64,000 bases of DNA. It comes from a virus. Lineage: Duplodnaviria; Caudoviricetes. The number at the start of each line of letters is the position of its first letter. The stretch's first letter is position 1. Below are positions 38,499-47,809 of this stretch, piece by piece. The notes under the pieces are model-generated. The model was not told where the DNA came from, ran no database searches, and saw only the letters and a list, made by a program, of their open reading frames with translations. Where the stretch lies: IMG/VR virus record IMGVR_UViG_3300021963_000022. One strand, 5' to 3'. The translations under genes were made by a program, and so were the position numbers.

Positions 38499-39497
38499 TT
38501 ATTCTTTTACTTCTTCTTTCTTTTTACTGAATTTGAATATGTTTGTGAATCCTTCTGAGACCTTATTCCAGAAACTTCTAATTTCGTTTCCTTTAATATC
38601 TTTTCCGTTGTCGGGCTTAGATGGTGCGGTTGTAATTTTGGGGGTGTCTTTAGGTGAGGCTTTCTCTTGAACCAACTCATTTTTTTTCTCCTCTTTTTTA
38701 AAATTCCAATGTCCCTTACGAGCACCTTCACGTATTGTATCTATGACGGCTGCTTGTATGGCCATACTTGTAGCCTTGTTAATGCTTTCATTAATACTAA
38801 CACCAACTTCAGCTTCAATACTACTTGTACCTTCACTAGCAAAACGTAATACGCCTGCTTTGTCCATATAACTTAATACGGTTTTAGTAACTGTTACACT
38901 AGTTAATACTTCGCCTGTGCTAACGCTTACTGTTCTTAAATTGATAGTTACTGTGTCTGACTGATATTGTGTGCTAGTCCCAATACCTAATACTCTGACA
39001 CCTGAACCACCTGTTAATGTGTTGCTATCATAACCAACAATACCACCTTCAACCAATACACCGGCAAACATCATTGGGGGTAATGGTTTAGCATCACGTC
39101 CTTGATATTGTTCACGCATCTGACGTATCATTTGACGTTCTTTGATTAAGTTATCTAATCCAACACGTTCTAATACAACAAACCACTTGCTCTCACCTAC
39201 ATCTTGTAATGCTTTAATCAAGTAGCTTTCTGCACCCTGTGTAACTGCTGAACTTAAGCTAGCAATATTCTGTGTACTTTTACGTTGTCCTGTTTTATCT
39301 GAAAACCCATAGACAGCAATAGTAATAGGACCATCATTTGGTGGCAGTAACTTATTGTTATCTTTTTTCATATAAACGTTTTGTTCTATAACAGGCTCAT
39401 CAAATTGTTTACCCGTGATTGCATTTCTAGTACTGCTACTGATGGCACAACCAGAAAGGATAAGCACGACCGATAATAATAGTAATAGTTTTTTCAT
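38499..39497 (-). CDS. csgG: Curli secretion channel CsgG-like lipoprotein
   Basis: Lipobox LSGC; IAVYGFSDKTGQRK, VTQGA, FVVLER..L..ERQMIR, GGIVGYD. Confidence 0.92.
   Translation of the reverse strand: MKKLLLLLSVVLILSGCAISSSTRNAITGKQFDEPVIEQNVYMKKDNNKLLPPNDGPITIAVYGFSDKTGQRKSTQNIASLSSAVTQGAESYLIKALQDVGESKWFVVLERVGLDNLIKERQMIRQMREQYQGRDAKPLPPMMFAGVLVEGGIVGYDSNTLTGGSGVRVLGIGTSTQYQSDTVTINLRTVSVSTGEVLTSVTVTKTVLSYMDKAGVLRFASEGTSSIEAEVGVSINESINKATSMAIQAAVIDTIREGARKGHWNFKKEEKKNELVQEKASPKDTPKITTAPSKPDNGKDIKGNEIRSFWNKVSEGFTNIFKFSKKKEEVKE
38507..38680 (-). CDS. 57 aa basic protein nested in csgG 3' end (alternate frame)
   Basis: GAGGAG RBS 8 nt before ATG 38680; MSWFKRKP... Confidence 0.45.
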   Translation of the reverse strand: MSWFKRKPHLKTPPKLQPHHLSPTTEKILKETKLEVSGIRSQKDSQTYSNSVKRKKK

Positions 39498-39979
39498 TAG
39501 AAGTAAAATGTCCCCGCTGGTACCTTCATTGTTGTTGTTTGTGATGGGTTAGCATTGTTAACAATAGTGATAATGATTAAACCATTATCTGCTCCATCAC
39601 CTAATTTCCAACTGATAGTATTGCCACCTAAATCAGGAATAGTTCCACAAATTACACCTTTTGTAGTGCAAGTTGATCCTTCACCGAACATACTATCAGT
39701 CAACTGTTTGGCTAGTTGACTATAAATTCTTGACTCTAAATTAGCTAAAAATCTAGCTTGAGGTGTATTAAGGGCATCACTCTCTACCTTTGCTTTTAAT
39801 GCATCGGCTAATGCCTTATTCTTGTCTTTTTGTAGGTCTTCTAACTGTTTTAACGTTAGTACATGGCTACTATAACCCTGTCCGCTGAAACTAGGGCTAT
39901 TAAACTGATGCGTTAATTCAGCCGAATAGGCTAACACAGCGAGCATCATTAGGGTACTTACTGTTATACCTCTTATCAT
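39497..39979 (-). CDS. csgF: Curli assembly factor CsgF-like
   Basis: Signal peptide + AELTHQFNSPSFSG...F.ANLESRIY.QL. Confidence 0.85.
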   Translation of the reverse strand: MIRGITVSTLMMLAVLAYSAELTHQFNSPSFSGQGYSSHVLTLKQLEDLQKDKNKALADALKAKVESDALNTPQARFLANLESRIYSQLAKQLTDSMFGEGSTCTTKGVICGTIPDLGGNTISWKLGDGADNGLIIITIVNNANPSQTTTMKVPAGTFYF

Positions 39980-40065
39980 TATCTGCTCCGATCCGATAAA
40001 TATTATATATATATATTTAGTTGATTTACATCAAAAGATATAGTGTAATACATAAAAGGATATTT

Positions 40066-40347
40066 ATGGGAGATATATTTAAGATTATAGGTGACTTAGG
40101 GTTTCCAATTGCGGTTGCCCTTGCCGGTGGTTACTTTGTTTATTTGACTATCAAACTACTATTACAGGGTGTTCTAGGGTCAATCAAAGGTATGGCCGGC
40201 ATCATTACTGCACTTGATAATCGTGTAAAAACTATGAACCATGATGTTATTCGCATTGATACCATTGTTAGTAATGCTCTAGGTTTACGTCCAGATGCGG
40301 AACGTATAGCCCGTGCTGATGGTAAAACTGATGCTCGGAGGGATTAA
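40066..40347 (+). CDS. Single-TM coiled-coil protein
   Basis: LGFPIAVAL...LDNRVKTMNHDVIR; paralogue of 41531..41851. Confidence 0.7.
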   Translation: MGDIFKIIGDLGFPIAVALAGGYFVYLTIKLLLQGVLGSIKGMAGIITALDNRVKTMNHDVIRIDTIVSNALGLRPDAERIARADGKTDARRD

Positions 40348-40559
40348 TGATTCAATATTGCGTTTATACTAGAGATGACAAATTTTTAGAAGTTGCTAGT
40401 TGGATATCAACTAACAATATAAAGTTTGAACCTCACTTAAATCGTACAAGATTTTGGATTCCGGATGGTGTATTAATGACAGAATTTTTATTAAAGTATG
40501 GTGACATTTGTCCTAGAGTTATGGAGTCTTCGGAGGGATACACATATGCTACATTATGA
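40347..40559 (+). CDS. Hypothetical protein
   Basis: Coupled start. Confidence 0.7.
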   Translation: MIQYCVYTRDDKFLEVASWISTNNIKFEPHLNRTRFWIPDGVLMTEFLLKYGDICPRVMESSEGYTYATL

Positions 40560-40734
40560 TTACACATGGGATCTAAATCCGAATAGTTTAATTTTTGATA
40601 AAGAATTAGACGTAGATCGATTTGGATGGGAAGAAGGTGACTACTTTAAGCTAGTAGAAGATAGAGAACTAGGTATTAAAAAGTTAGTCAAAGTTGATGT
40701 ATTAGAAAAATTTATCCTACAGGGAAAAAAATGA
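40546..40734 (+). CDS. Hypothetical protein
   Basis: GGAGG RBS; start placed at 40546. Confidence 0.65.
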   Translation: MLHYDYTWDLNPNSLIFDKELDVDRFGWEEGDYFKLVEDRELGIKKLVKVDVLEKFILQGKK

Positions 40735-40979
40735 TTATCACTATAGACCTATCTTGGTTATTAAACATAGGACCAAGTTTATATGAATTACTACCGTATT
40801 TCTTATTAGGTCTAGGATTTGGTATGGCATTTTATTATATGTTCTATGATAAAAATTCAATGACCGATTTAGCTCGAAAAAAACACGACTTAGAAGTAAA
40901 AAAAGAATGGTTTCGTATGTTAGCCGAACAGCAAAAAGAGAAGGCTAAAAAAGAAAAATGGAAGAAAAGTTATTATTAA
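40731..40979 (+). CDS. Small TM protein
   Basis: Hydrophobic segment plus basic tail. Confidence 0.65.
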   Translation: MIITIDLSWLLNIGPSLYELLPYFLLGLGFGMAFYYMFYDKNSMTDLARKKHDLEVKKEWFRMLAEQQKEKAKKEKWKKSYY

Positions 40980-40992
40980 AAGGAGAATAAAA

Positions 40993-41529
40993 ATGGCAGA
41001 AGTAAAAACATTATCACGTTCAGAACGTGAAGCACAGCTTAAAGATAGAGCAGGATGGGTCATTACCGTCATTGCACTACTATTAGCAATTACAACTTAC
41101 ATGGCTAGTGGATTTAGTAGCAAAATATTATCTAACACTATTAAAGCGAATGATACTTGGAATTTTTATCAGGCTAAGTCAATTAAGCAATCTATTGCTG
41201 AGGGTCAATTAGAAGCCACCGCAGATCCAAAACGTAGGGAACAACTACAAGCTAAGATTGACAGGTATGAATCCGAGCCTGATAAAGGTGAGGGTAAGAA
41301 AGAGTTGATGGCTAAAGCATTAAAGATTGAAGCAGAACGTGATGAAGCCAAAAAACATTCACCTTGGTTAACATTTGCGGCAATGGCATTTCAGTTAGCT
41401 ATTGTGCTATTATCAGCTAGTATTTTAGCTGTTGATAAACGTATGTTTTGGGGTAGTATTGGTGTTAGTATATTTGGTTCATTACTATTAGCCCAAGGAG
41501 TTTGGCTTTTAGTCCCGTTGGTGATATAA
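40993..41529 (+). CDS. DUF4337-like membrane protein
   Basis: ANDTWNFYQAKSIKQ flanked by TM helices. Confidence 0.8.
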   Translation: MAEVKTLSRSEREAQLKDRAGWVITVIALLLAITTYMASGFSSKILSNTIKANDTWNFYQAKSIKQSIAEGQLEATADPKRREQLQAKIDRYESEPDKGEGKKELMAKALKIEAERDEAKKHSPWLTFAAMAFQLAIVLLSASILAVDKRMFWGSIGVSIFGSLLLAQGVWLLVPLVI

Positions 41530-41530
41530 T

Positions 41531-41851
41531 ATGGATGTAGTAGAACTAATTAATAAATATGGCTTCCCGATTGTTATGGCAGTTGGGATGGGCTTCATTA
41601 TCAAATATGTTTGGGAATGGGCCACAAAAGAAGTTAAGCCAGTTATTAGTGATGCTAACACTGTTCTTATTGCATTGATTGACCGTATCAGGATGTTAGA
41701 TAATGACTTGATACGTTTAAATCAAAAAGTTAATACTGTACTTCATTTACGTGGTAAAACAATTGAGTTTGAACGTGTAGAAGCAGAAAAGCAAATTAAC
41801 AATATTAAAAAAACTGAAGATGATAAGGCTGCAAGTAGCGGAGAAGGTTAA
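41531..41851 (+). CDS. Single-TM coiled-coil protein
   Basis: YGFPIVMAV...LIDRIRMLDNDLIR. Confidence 0.7.
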   Translation: MDVVELINKYGFPIVMAVGMGFIIKYVWEWATKEVKPVISDANTVLIALIDRIRMLDNDLIRLNQKVNTVLHLRGKTIEFERVEAEKQINNIKKTEDDKAASSGEG

Positions 41852-42414
41852 TGAAAATTATTGAAGACACAACTAAAAAAATTCCCCATCTATACCTAGA
41901 TATGGATGGAGTACAGGCTGACTTTTTTGGTGCTTGGGCAGATAAGCACGGTGTCTCTCATTGGAAAGCTATACAAGATAAAGAAGGCGAGATTGAAGAT
42001 TTAGCCAATAGTACAGCCGAACAAGTATATGATTTTTTCCGTAAACTCAAACCACTTAGTGGTGGTATGGAAGTTGTTCGTTGGGCACAGCAACACAATA
42101 TTCCATATACAGTCTTATCAGCTCCATTACGTGGACCATTTGCTGATGCAAGTAAACAAGCAAAAAAAGATTGGTTAGACACATATCATCCTGGTTCTAG
42201 TAGTAATGCAATCTTTACGTCAGCTAAGTTTAAATATGCAGTTAGTGATGGTGTAGCAAATGTATTAGTAGATGACTTTGGTCCATACATTCAGAAATGG
42301 ACTGATGCCGGTGGTATACCAGTTAAGCATGAAGATGAGTCAGAGGTATCAAGTGCGGCACAAGATACTATTAATAGACTAGAAAAAATCTACTCACCTT
42401 TTCTGACTAAATAG
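41851..42414 (+). CDS. HAD 5'(3')-deoxyribonucleotidase
   Basis: LDMDGV, LSAP, KxxWL, LVDD. Confidence 0.88.
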   Translation: MKIIEDTTKKIPHLYLDMDGVQADFFGAWADKHGVSHWKAIQDKEGEIEDLANSTAEQVYDFFRKLKPLSGGMEVVRWAQQHNIPYTVLSAPLRGPFADASKQAKKDWLDTYHPGSSSNAIFTSAKFKYAVSDGVANVLVDDFGPYIQKWTDAGGIPVKHEDESEVSSAAQDTINRLEKIYSPFLTK

Positions 42415-42479
42415 TATGTTGGTAAACTAATTTGCCCAATAAACTTTTAATAATACAAACTAACCTGCTATAATATTAC

Positions 42480-42662
42480 ATGGGCAAAAAATACGACAAT
42501 TCTAGGTATGAGGTCATTACTCAGGAAGATCCTGACTCGGGTGACTTAATGGTACCATTACCACCTGAGCTACTTAAACAGTTAGGTTGGATAGAAGGGG
42601 ATACTATCGATTTTTCAATTGATGATAAGGGTCGTTATGTTCTAAAGAAAATATCTAAATGA
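42480..42662 (+). CDS. AbrB/SpoVT-like DNA-binding protein
   Basis: DLMVPLPPELLKQLGWIEGDTIDF. Confidence 0.75.
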   Translation: MGKKYDNSRYEVITQEDPDSGDLMVPLPPELLKQLGWIEGDTIDFSIDDKGRYVLKKISK

Positions 42663-43102
42663 TAAATCCAAACGACTTATTCAACACAATGATGGGTAAT
42701 GTAACTGACACTACAACCATCACTTCCACTAGCCCAACATTTTCAATTACTGATAATACAGTCTCTAGTGGTCTATATTGGGGATTAAACGGGACGAGTG
42801 CTATCCCCGGACAAGTATTAACCACAGACAATACTTGGGGAAATATATCATTGGCTAATCCTAACTTAAACGGTGCAACACTTAGTGTTAAAGGTAATGC
42901 TGATTTTGAAGGTGAAGTAACTATTAAGGGAAAAAACCTATCTGATATGTTTCAAAAGATTGAAGAACGATTAGCTATTCTTCACCCAAACCCTGAACTA
43001 GAAGATAAATGGGATGAGTTAAAAGAATTGGGTAAACGCTATAAAGAACTTGAAGCCGAAATCATTGAAAAAGAGAAGATTTGGTCAATACTAAAGAAAT
43101 AA
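42659..43102 (+). CDS. Hypothetical protein
   Basis: ATGA-coupled; C-terminal coiled coil. Confidence 0.75.
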   Translation: MINPNDLFNTMMGNVTDTTTITSTSPTFSITDNTVSSGLYWGLNGTSAIPGQVLTTDNTWGNISLANPNLNGATLSVKGNADFEGEVTIKGKNLSDMFQKIEERLAILHPNPELEDKWDELKELGKRYKELEAEIIEKEKIWSILKK

Positions 43103-43105
43103 GAT

Positions 43106-43134
43106 TTGACAAATAATCCATATTACGCTATAAT
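43106..43134 (+). promoter_or_regulatory. sigma70 promoter
   Basis: TTGACA-17-TATAAT. Confidence 0.85.
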
Positions 43135-43166
43135 AGAAACTGTTTACTAACTATGATCCTTACATT

Positions 43167-43562
43167 ATGACAATGCATCTAGCACATCCCGCACTAACTA
43201 TGGGCGGTAAACGCAAAGGCAAGATTAAATTCCGCAATAGTGCAGAAGCACAAAAAGCACGCCAACTTGATACTGAGTGGAAAGAACTACAGGCTAAGTG
43301 GGGTGTTGATGCAGAAGAAAAGAAACGCAAACGGGCATTAGCGGCAGAACCGTTATCATATACATTATCCGCACCTGCAGGTCGTGAGACCAAACGTATT
43401 GCTAGTTTAGATACTGGTCATTCGGGTGCTGTACGTACAAAAGATATCCCACAATATACCGGTACCAAGATTCTTGGTATTGGTACAATGCACAAAAGTA
43501 ACGCTGTCCCTATTTTCTCCGATGAGGAAGCTAAGGCAATCAGCACTATGCGTAGGAATTAA
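43167..43562 (+). CDS. Hypothetical phage protein
   Basis: YTGTKILGIGTMHKSNAVP. Confidence 0.8.
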   Translation: MTMHLAHPALTMGGKRKGKIKFRNSAEAQKARQLDTEWKELQAKWGVDAEEKKRKRALAAEPLSYTLSAPAGRETKRIASLDTGHSGAVRTKDIPQYTGTKILGIGTMHKSNAVPIFSDEEAKAISTMRRN

Positions 43563-43583
43563 AAGGAGCTTAAAGCAAAACAC

Positions 43584-43799
43584 ATGGCAAAAGAAGAAGG
43601 TATTAAGATGGATGGTAGGGTAATCGATGTATTACCCAATGCCGTCTTTAGAGTCACTCTTACCAGTGGGCCCACTGTCACTGGTTACATATCAGGTAAA
43701 ATGCGTAAGCATGATATTAAAATTCTACTAGGTGATACAGTAGAGGTAGAATTCAGCCCATATGATTTGACAAAAGGTCGCATCACTCGCCGACGTTGA
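43584..43799 (+). CDS. infA: Translation initiation factor IF-1
   Basis: MAKEE...LPNA.FRV...ISGKMR...[18 protein letters not shown]. Confidence 0.97.
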   Translation: MAKEEGIKMDGRVIDVLPNAVFRVTLTSGPTVTGYISGKMRKHDIKILLGDTVEVEFSPYDLTKGRITRRR

Positions 43800-43813
43800 C
43801 TAAATACTCTACT

Positions 43814-44365
43814 ATGTATGACGTTGTAGAGAAGATCACTGAATCCCAAAAAAGAAAAATAGAGATTGTATCACTCTCTTATTCCAGCACCGACCTCAAC
43901 CCTGTACTAAGCAAAAAGACAATGGACTATCACTACGGTGATTTAGCACATAAGTATGCTGAGAGATACAACAAGGGTGAGGGTGATAAAGACTTTAACT
44001 ATGCTGGTGCATTTTTACACAACATCTATTTCAGTCAATTCAGAAAGCCACAAGATAGTGGCACACCAAACGGTCCTGTACTTAATCTAATAAAACGTAA
44101 GTATGGCTGGTGGAAAGACTTCAAAGAACAATTCAAACTAGAAGCTATGAAGATACAAGGAAGTGGATGGATTTACATGTCCTTTTCCGGAGAAATAAAA
44201 ACTATACAAAATCATGAGGTACGTGATGATATATTGATATTAGTTGACTGGTGGGAACATGCCTGGGCACTTGACTACCAGGCTGACAAAAAGAAATATT
44301 TAGAGAACATTTGGAAAATAATGAATTGGAATGTCATTAATACCCGATGGGGTAAAAATTTATGA
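43814..44365 (+). CDS. Fe/Mn superoxide dismutase
   Basis: DYHY..LAH, FLHN, GSGW, DWWEHA; metal specificity not determinable. Confidence 0.88.
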   Translation: MYDVVEKITESQKRKIEIVSLSYSSTDLNPVLSKKTMDYHYGDLAHKYAERYNKGEGDKDFNYAGAFLHNIYFSQFRKPQDSGTPNGPVLNLIKRKYGWWKDFKEQFKLEAMKIQGSGWIYMSFSGEIKTIQNHEVRDDILILVDWWEHAWALDYQADKKKYLENIWKIMNWNVINTRWGKNL

Positions 44366-44380
44366 GAATAAGGAAACAAT

Positions 44381-44764
44381 ATGGCATACTCACAACAAGT
44401 TATAGATCACTATGAAAATCCCAGGAATGTTGGATCTTTTGACAAGACTGATACTGATATTGGTACTGGTATGGTTGGCGCGCCTGCATGCGGCGATGTT
44501 ATGAAATTACAAATAAAGGTTGACAATGTTACAGGTATTATTACAGATGCGAAATTTAAAACGTATGGCTGCGGATCGGCTATTGCGAGTTCAAGCCTCA
44601 TTACAGAATGGGTCAAAGGAAAAACACTTGACGAAGCCGGATCAATCAAAAACTCCGAAATCGCCGAAGAACTAGCATTGCCTCCGGTAAAGATACATTG
44701 TAGCATATTAGCTGAAGATGCCATCAAAGCCGCTGTAGAAGACTATAGAAAAAAAATAAAATGA
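44381..44764 (+). CDS. iscU: Fe-S scaffold IscU
   Basis: DHYENPRNVG, GAPACGDVM, YGCGSAIASSS, KIHCS. Confidence 0.97.
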   Translation: MAYSQQVIDHYENPRNVGSFDKTDTDIGTGMVGAPACGDVMKLQIKVDNVTGIITDAKFKTYGCGSAIASSSLITEWVKGKTLDEAGSIKNSEIAEELALPPVKIHCSILAEDAIKAAVEDYRKKIK

Positions 44765-45087
44765 TAACTCTTACTGAAAAAGCATATGATAAAGTAAAAA
44801 ATCAACTTAAAAAACGAGGTAAAGGAGTTGGGATTAGACTAGGTGTAAGGACTACTGGTTGCAGTGGGTTAGCATATACAATGGAATATGTTGATAATTA
44901 TGAAGCAGAAGTAGGAGTAATTAACTATTCACAAAAAGATTTTGTGATATTAGTGGATTTGAAAAGTGATGTGTACCTTAGGGGTCTCACAATGGATTGG
45001 GTTCGTAATGGACTTAATGAGGGATTTGATTTCAAAAACCCTAATGAAAAAGACCGCTGTGGTTGCGGGGAAAGTTTTAGAGTATGA
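44761..45087 (+). CDS. iscA: A-type Fe-S carrier IscA
   Basis: [19 protein letters not shown]. Confidence 0.93.
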   Translation: MITLTEKAYDKVKNQLKKRGKGVGIRLGVRTTGCSGLAYTMEYVDNYEAEVGVINYSQKDFVILVDLKSDVYLRGLTMDWVRNGLNEGFDFKNPNEKDRCGCGESFRV

Positions 45088-45407
45088 TAACAATAACAGA
45101 ATCAGCAAAAATAAAAATATTGGATCTTCTAGCTGAAGAAGGTAATCCCGATTTAAAATTACGTACATTCGTACAAGGTGGCGGGTGTTCAGGGTTTAGT
45201 TATGGTTTTACATTTGATGAGATAATGAATGAAGATGATTTTGAAATGCCGTTAGGTGACTCCAAAGTTCTAATCGATGCCATGAGTATGCAATATTTAC
45301 AAGGTGCAAGCATAGATTATAAAGAAGACCTACAAGGATCAGAATTTAAAATAACTAATCCAAATGCACAATCCACATGTGGATGCGGTAGCTCTTTTTC
45401 TGTTTAG
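45084..45407 (+). CDS. erpA: A-type Fe-S carrier ErpA
   Basis: [35 protein letters not shown]. Confidence 0.9.
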   Translation: MITITESAKIKILDLLAEEGNPDLKLRTFVQGGGCSGFSYGFTFDEIMNEDDFEMPLGDSKVLIDAMSMQYLQGASIDYKEDLQGSEFKITNPNAQSTCGCGSSFSV

Positions 45408-45422
45408 ATGAGGTAATAGTGT

Positions 45423-45831
45423 ATGAAGTCTAGAGAATTCATTACAGAAAAAATAAACCCAGACATACTTACTCTTAATTTTTACCATGAGCAAGAGATA
45501 GATGGCAAAGTATATAGTGCAAAGACAGTAAAAGAAGGTTGGAATAAACGCAACAAAGAGTTATATCTAAGCATAGAATGCAAAGATAATAACAAGATTA
45601 TTGCAGGTGCGCTTTTTCCTAATATTAAATATTAGGTCTAATCAGTGGTTAGAAAGTGTGGATACGTGGGTTAATGATGCATATAAACAATCCGGAATCG
45701 CTAGAACAATGTATGCTTATGCTAAAATGCTAGGAAATGATGTCCGTCCCAGTACTGTACAGACTCCTGACGGACAGGCTATGTGGAAGGCATGGAAAAA
45801 GTCCGGAGAAGCTAAACACCTTATAAGGTAG
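45423..45831 (+). pseudogene. GNAT-like protein split by a +1 frameshift near 45613
   Basis: ORF 45423..45635 continues in another frame into V.DAYKQSGIARTMY...QTPDGQAMW. Confidence 0.6.
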
Positions 45832-45869
45832 GACACTTTGCGATAAATACAAGATAAGGAAGATTAATC

Positions 45870-47339
45870 ATGGCAATCTCAGGACAAGAGACATTACAAA
45901 TAGGCGCACAAAATAGCCCCACTAATAGCGATTCATTGTGGGTAGCGTTTAATAAAACACAGAATAACTTTAGCACACTTTTTAGTCAGGCTAGTCCATA
46001 TGACATTTTTACTAGTCAAGCAGGTATATCAGTAACGTCTAACGCATCGACTGGTACAGTCACTATTACAAATACAGGTGTTCTTAATTTAATACAAGGT
46101 ACCGGCATCACATTATCGGGTGCAAATGGTAATATCGTTGTATCAGCTACAGGTGGAAACGGGACAAGTGGAGTAACGAGCGTAGGTATTAGTTCAAATT
46201 CACTATCAATAACAAATACTCCAATAGTAAGTTCCGGTGTCATTAGTGTTGATCTACCGGTTCAAACTAATATATTAGCAGGTAATTATATTGCGCCAAC
46301 TGTAACAATTGACCAATATGGTAGAATTACTAATATTGCAAATGCATCTTCATTCGGTACTGTAACAAGTGTAGCAGTTTCCGGTAGTGATGGTATTAGC
46401 GTAAGTGGTGGTCCTATAACTAGTAATGGAACTATTACTCTTACTAATACTGGTGTCACACGACTTACAGCTGGATCGGGTATTGTTTTAACTAGCAACA
46501 CAGGTAATATTACTATTACTTCTACCGCGGCAGGCGGAAGTGTGAATGCCGCGGGTAACACAAGTGAAATTCAATTTAACTTAACAGGAACATTTAGTTC
46601 TAGTGCTAATTTGACATATGATTCAAGTAATAACATATTACGTGTAGGTAATTTAGAATCTACCGGCGATTTATTACCTTCAGCTAATATTACATATGAT
46701 TTAGGTAGCCCAACAAAACGTTGGAAGGATCTATACCTAAGCAATAATTCTATTCTATTAGGTGAAAGTACAATAAGCGTTGATGATGGTGCATTGAAAG
46801 TTAATGGTAACCCACCTGATGCTGTATTTGAGTCATTACCGTTCGGAGAAGGTTCAGGTGTTAGTTGGGTTGCATGGGAAGGCGCCAATTTAACTGTACG
46901 TGGACCAAATGCTAGTATATTATCTACATTACAAAAAGTTGGTGTAGGTATGAAAATTAAACTACTAACACCACCAGCAGTAGCAGGTAACACTTTAACT
47001 ACTACAAGTAGATTAGAATTAACCAGTAATGCTACTCCTGGCTTTTATGAATATACATTTAATGTAGCAGAATCATCAGCTAATTTAGTATATATATACA
47101 GTGCCGAGATTGCATATACTAATACAGTATCTGTTGCATCAGATGGTAACATTGTGTTACCTGGATCAGATTCATCTATTACTTACATCGATGGGTCATT
47201 GGCTGCGCCACAAATTATCGGTGTACCTGCTAATGCTACGGCAAACGGAGTGCCCGGACAGACAGCGTTTGATTCTAATTACATATATATTTGTACTGCC
47301 GCAAATACATGGAAACGAGCGGCAATCGCTACGTGGTAA
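45870..47339 (+). CDS. Fibre-like virion protein
   Basis: TAAATA promoter; GVTSV/G.GITL repeats; C-terminal DSNYIYIC...WKR. Confidence 0.75.
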   Translation: MAISGQETLQIGAQNSPTNSDSLWVAFNKTQNNFSTLFSQASPYDIFTSQAGISVTSNASTGTVTITNTGVLNLIQGTGITLSGANGNIVVSATGGNGTSGVTSVGISSNSLSITNTPIVSSGVISVDLPVQTNILAGNYIAPTVTIDQYGRITNIANASSFGTVTSVAVSGSDGISVSGGPITSNGTITLTNTGVTRLTAGSGIVLTSNTGNITITSTAAGGSVNAAGNTSEIQFNLTGTFSSSANLTYDSSNNILRVGNLESTGDLLPSANITYDLGSPTKRWKDLYLSNNSILLGESTISVDDGALKVNGNPPDAVFESLPFGEGSGVSWVAWEGANLTVRGPNASILSTLQKVGVGMKIKLLTPPAVAGNTLTTTSRLELTSNATPGFYEYTFNVAESSANLVYIYSAEIAYTNTVSVASDGNIVLPGSDSSITYIDGSLAAPQIIGVPANATANGVPGQTAFDSNYIYICTAANTWKRAAIATW

Positions 47340-47362
47340 AAAAAGCCCCTAGGGGCTTTTTT
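47338..47362. terminator. Bidirectional terminator
   Basis: A-tract-GCCCCTAGGGGC-T-tract between convergent genes. Confidence 0.8.
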
Positions 47363-47369
47363 ATTTAAA

Positions 47370-47591
47370 TTAACTTTTTCGAGTTTTTATTGTACGTTCA
47401 AGCATGAAGTCAGTAAACTTACTAGCGCACATTGCAGGAACATCAATGAACGGATCCTCAAGATAGAATGGGCAACCACTTTTCCATTTACCTTTATCCT
47501 TAAAATATTTCAATTCTATCAAATCCTCATTTCTAGCTGGATTGAATTCTCTACGTGGAGAAAACGTTCTTCGAAAAGTATTAAGTAACAT
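47370..47591 (-). CDS. Hypothetical protein
   Basis: RREFNP...CPFYLE. Confidence 0.7.
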   Translation of the reverse strand: MLLNTFRRTFSPRREFNPARNEDLIELKYFKDKGKWKSGCPFYLEDPFIDVPAMCASKFTDFMLERTIKTRKS

Positions 47592-47592
47592 A

Positions 47593-47781
47593 TTAGGTTC
47601 GTGGCATTTTAGAGGCTTCTGAGATAACTACAAATACATCATCTAATGTATTGCACATTACCTTGGCTGTTTTCCAGTCATCATTTGAGTCATTACCGGA
47701 CACTTCAACCATGAAGCCATTGTCGTAAAAATTAACAGTCAAGCTGTCATTACATTTTGATAGTTTATCTGATAGTTGCAT
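47593..47781 (-). CDS. Hypothetical protein
   Basis: YDNGFMVEV. Confidence 0.7.
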   Translation of the reverse strand: MQLSDKLSKCNDSLTVNFYDNGFMVEVSGNDSNDDWKTAKVMCNTLDDVFVVISEASKMPRT

Positions 47782-47809
47782 ATATTGTATAGGGCCGTAG
47801 CCCTATTAA

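Noticed and set aside
40004-40016. (TA)n microsatellite
   Set aside because: Short and unremarkable in AT-rich intergenic DNA.
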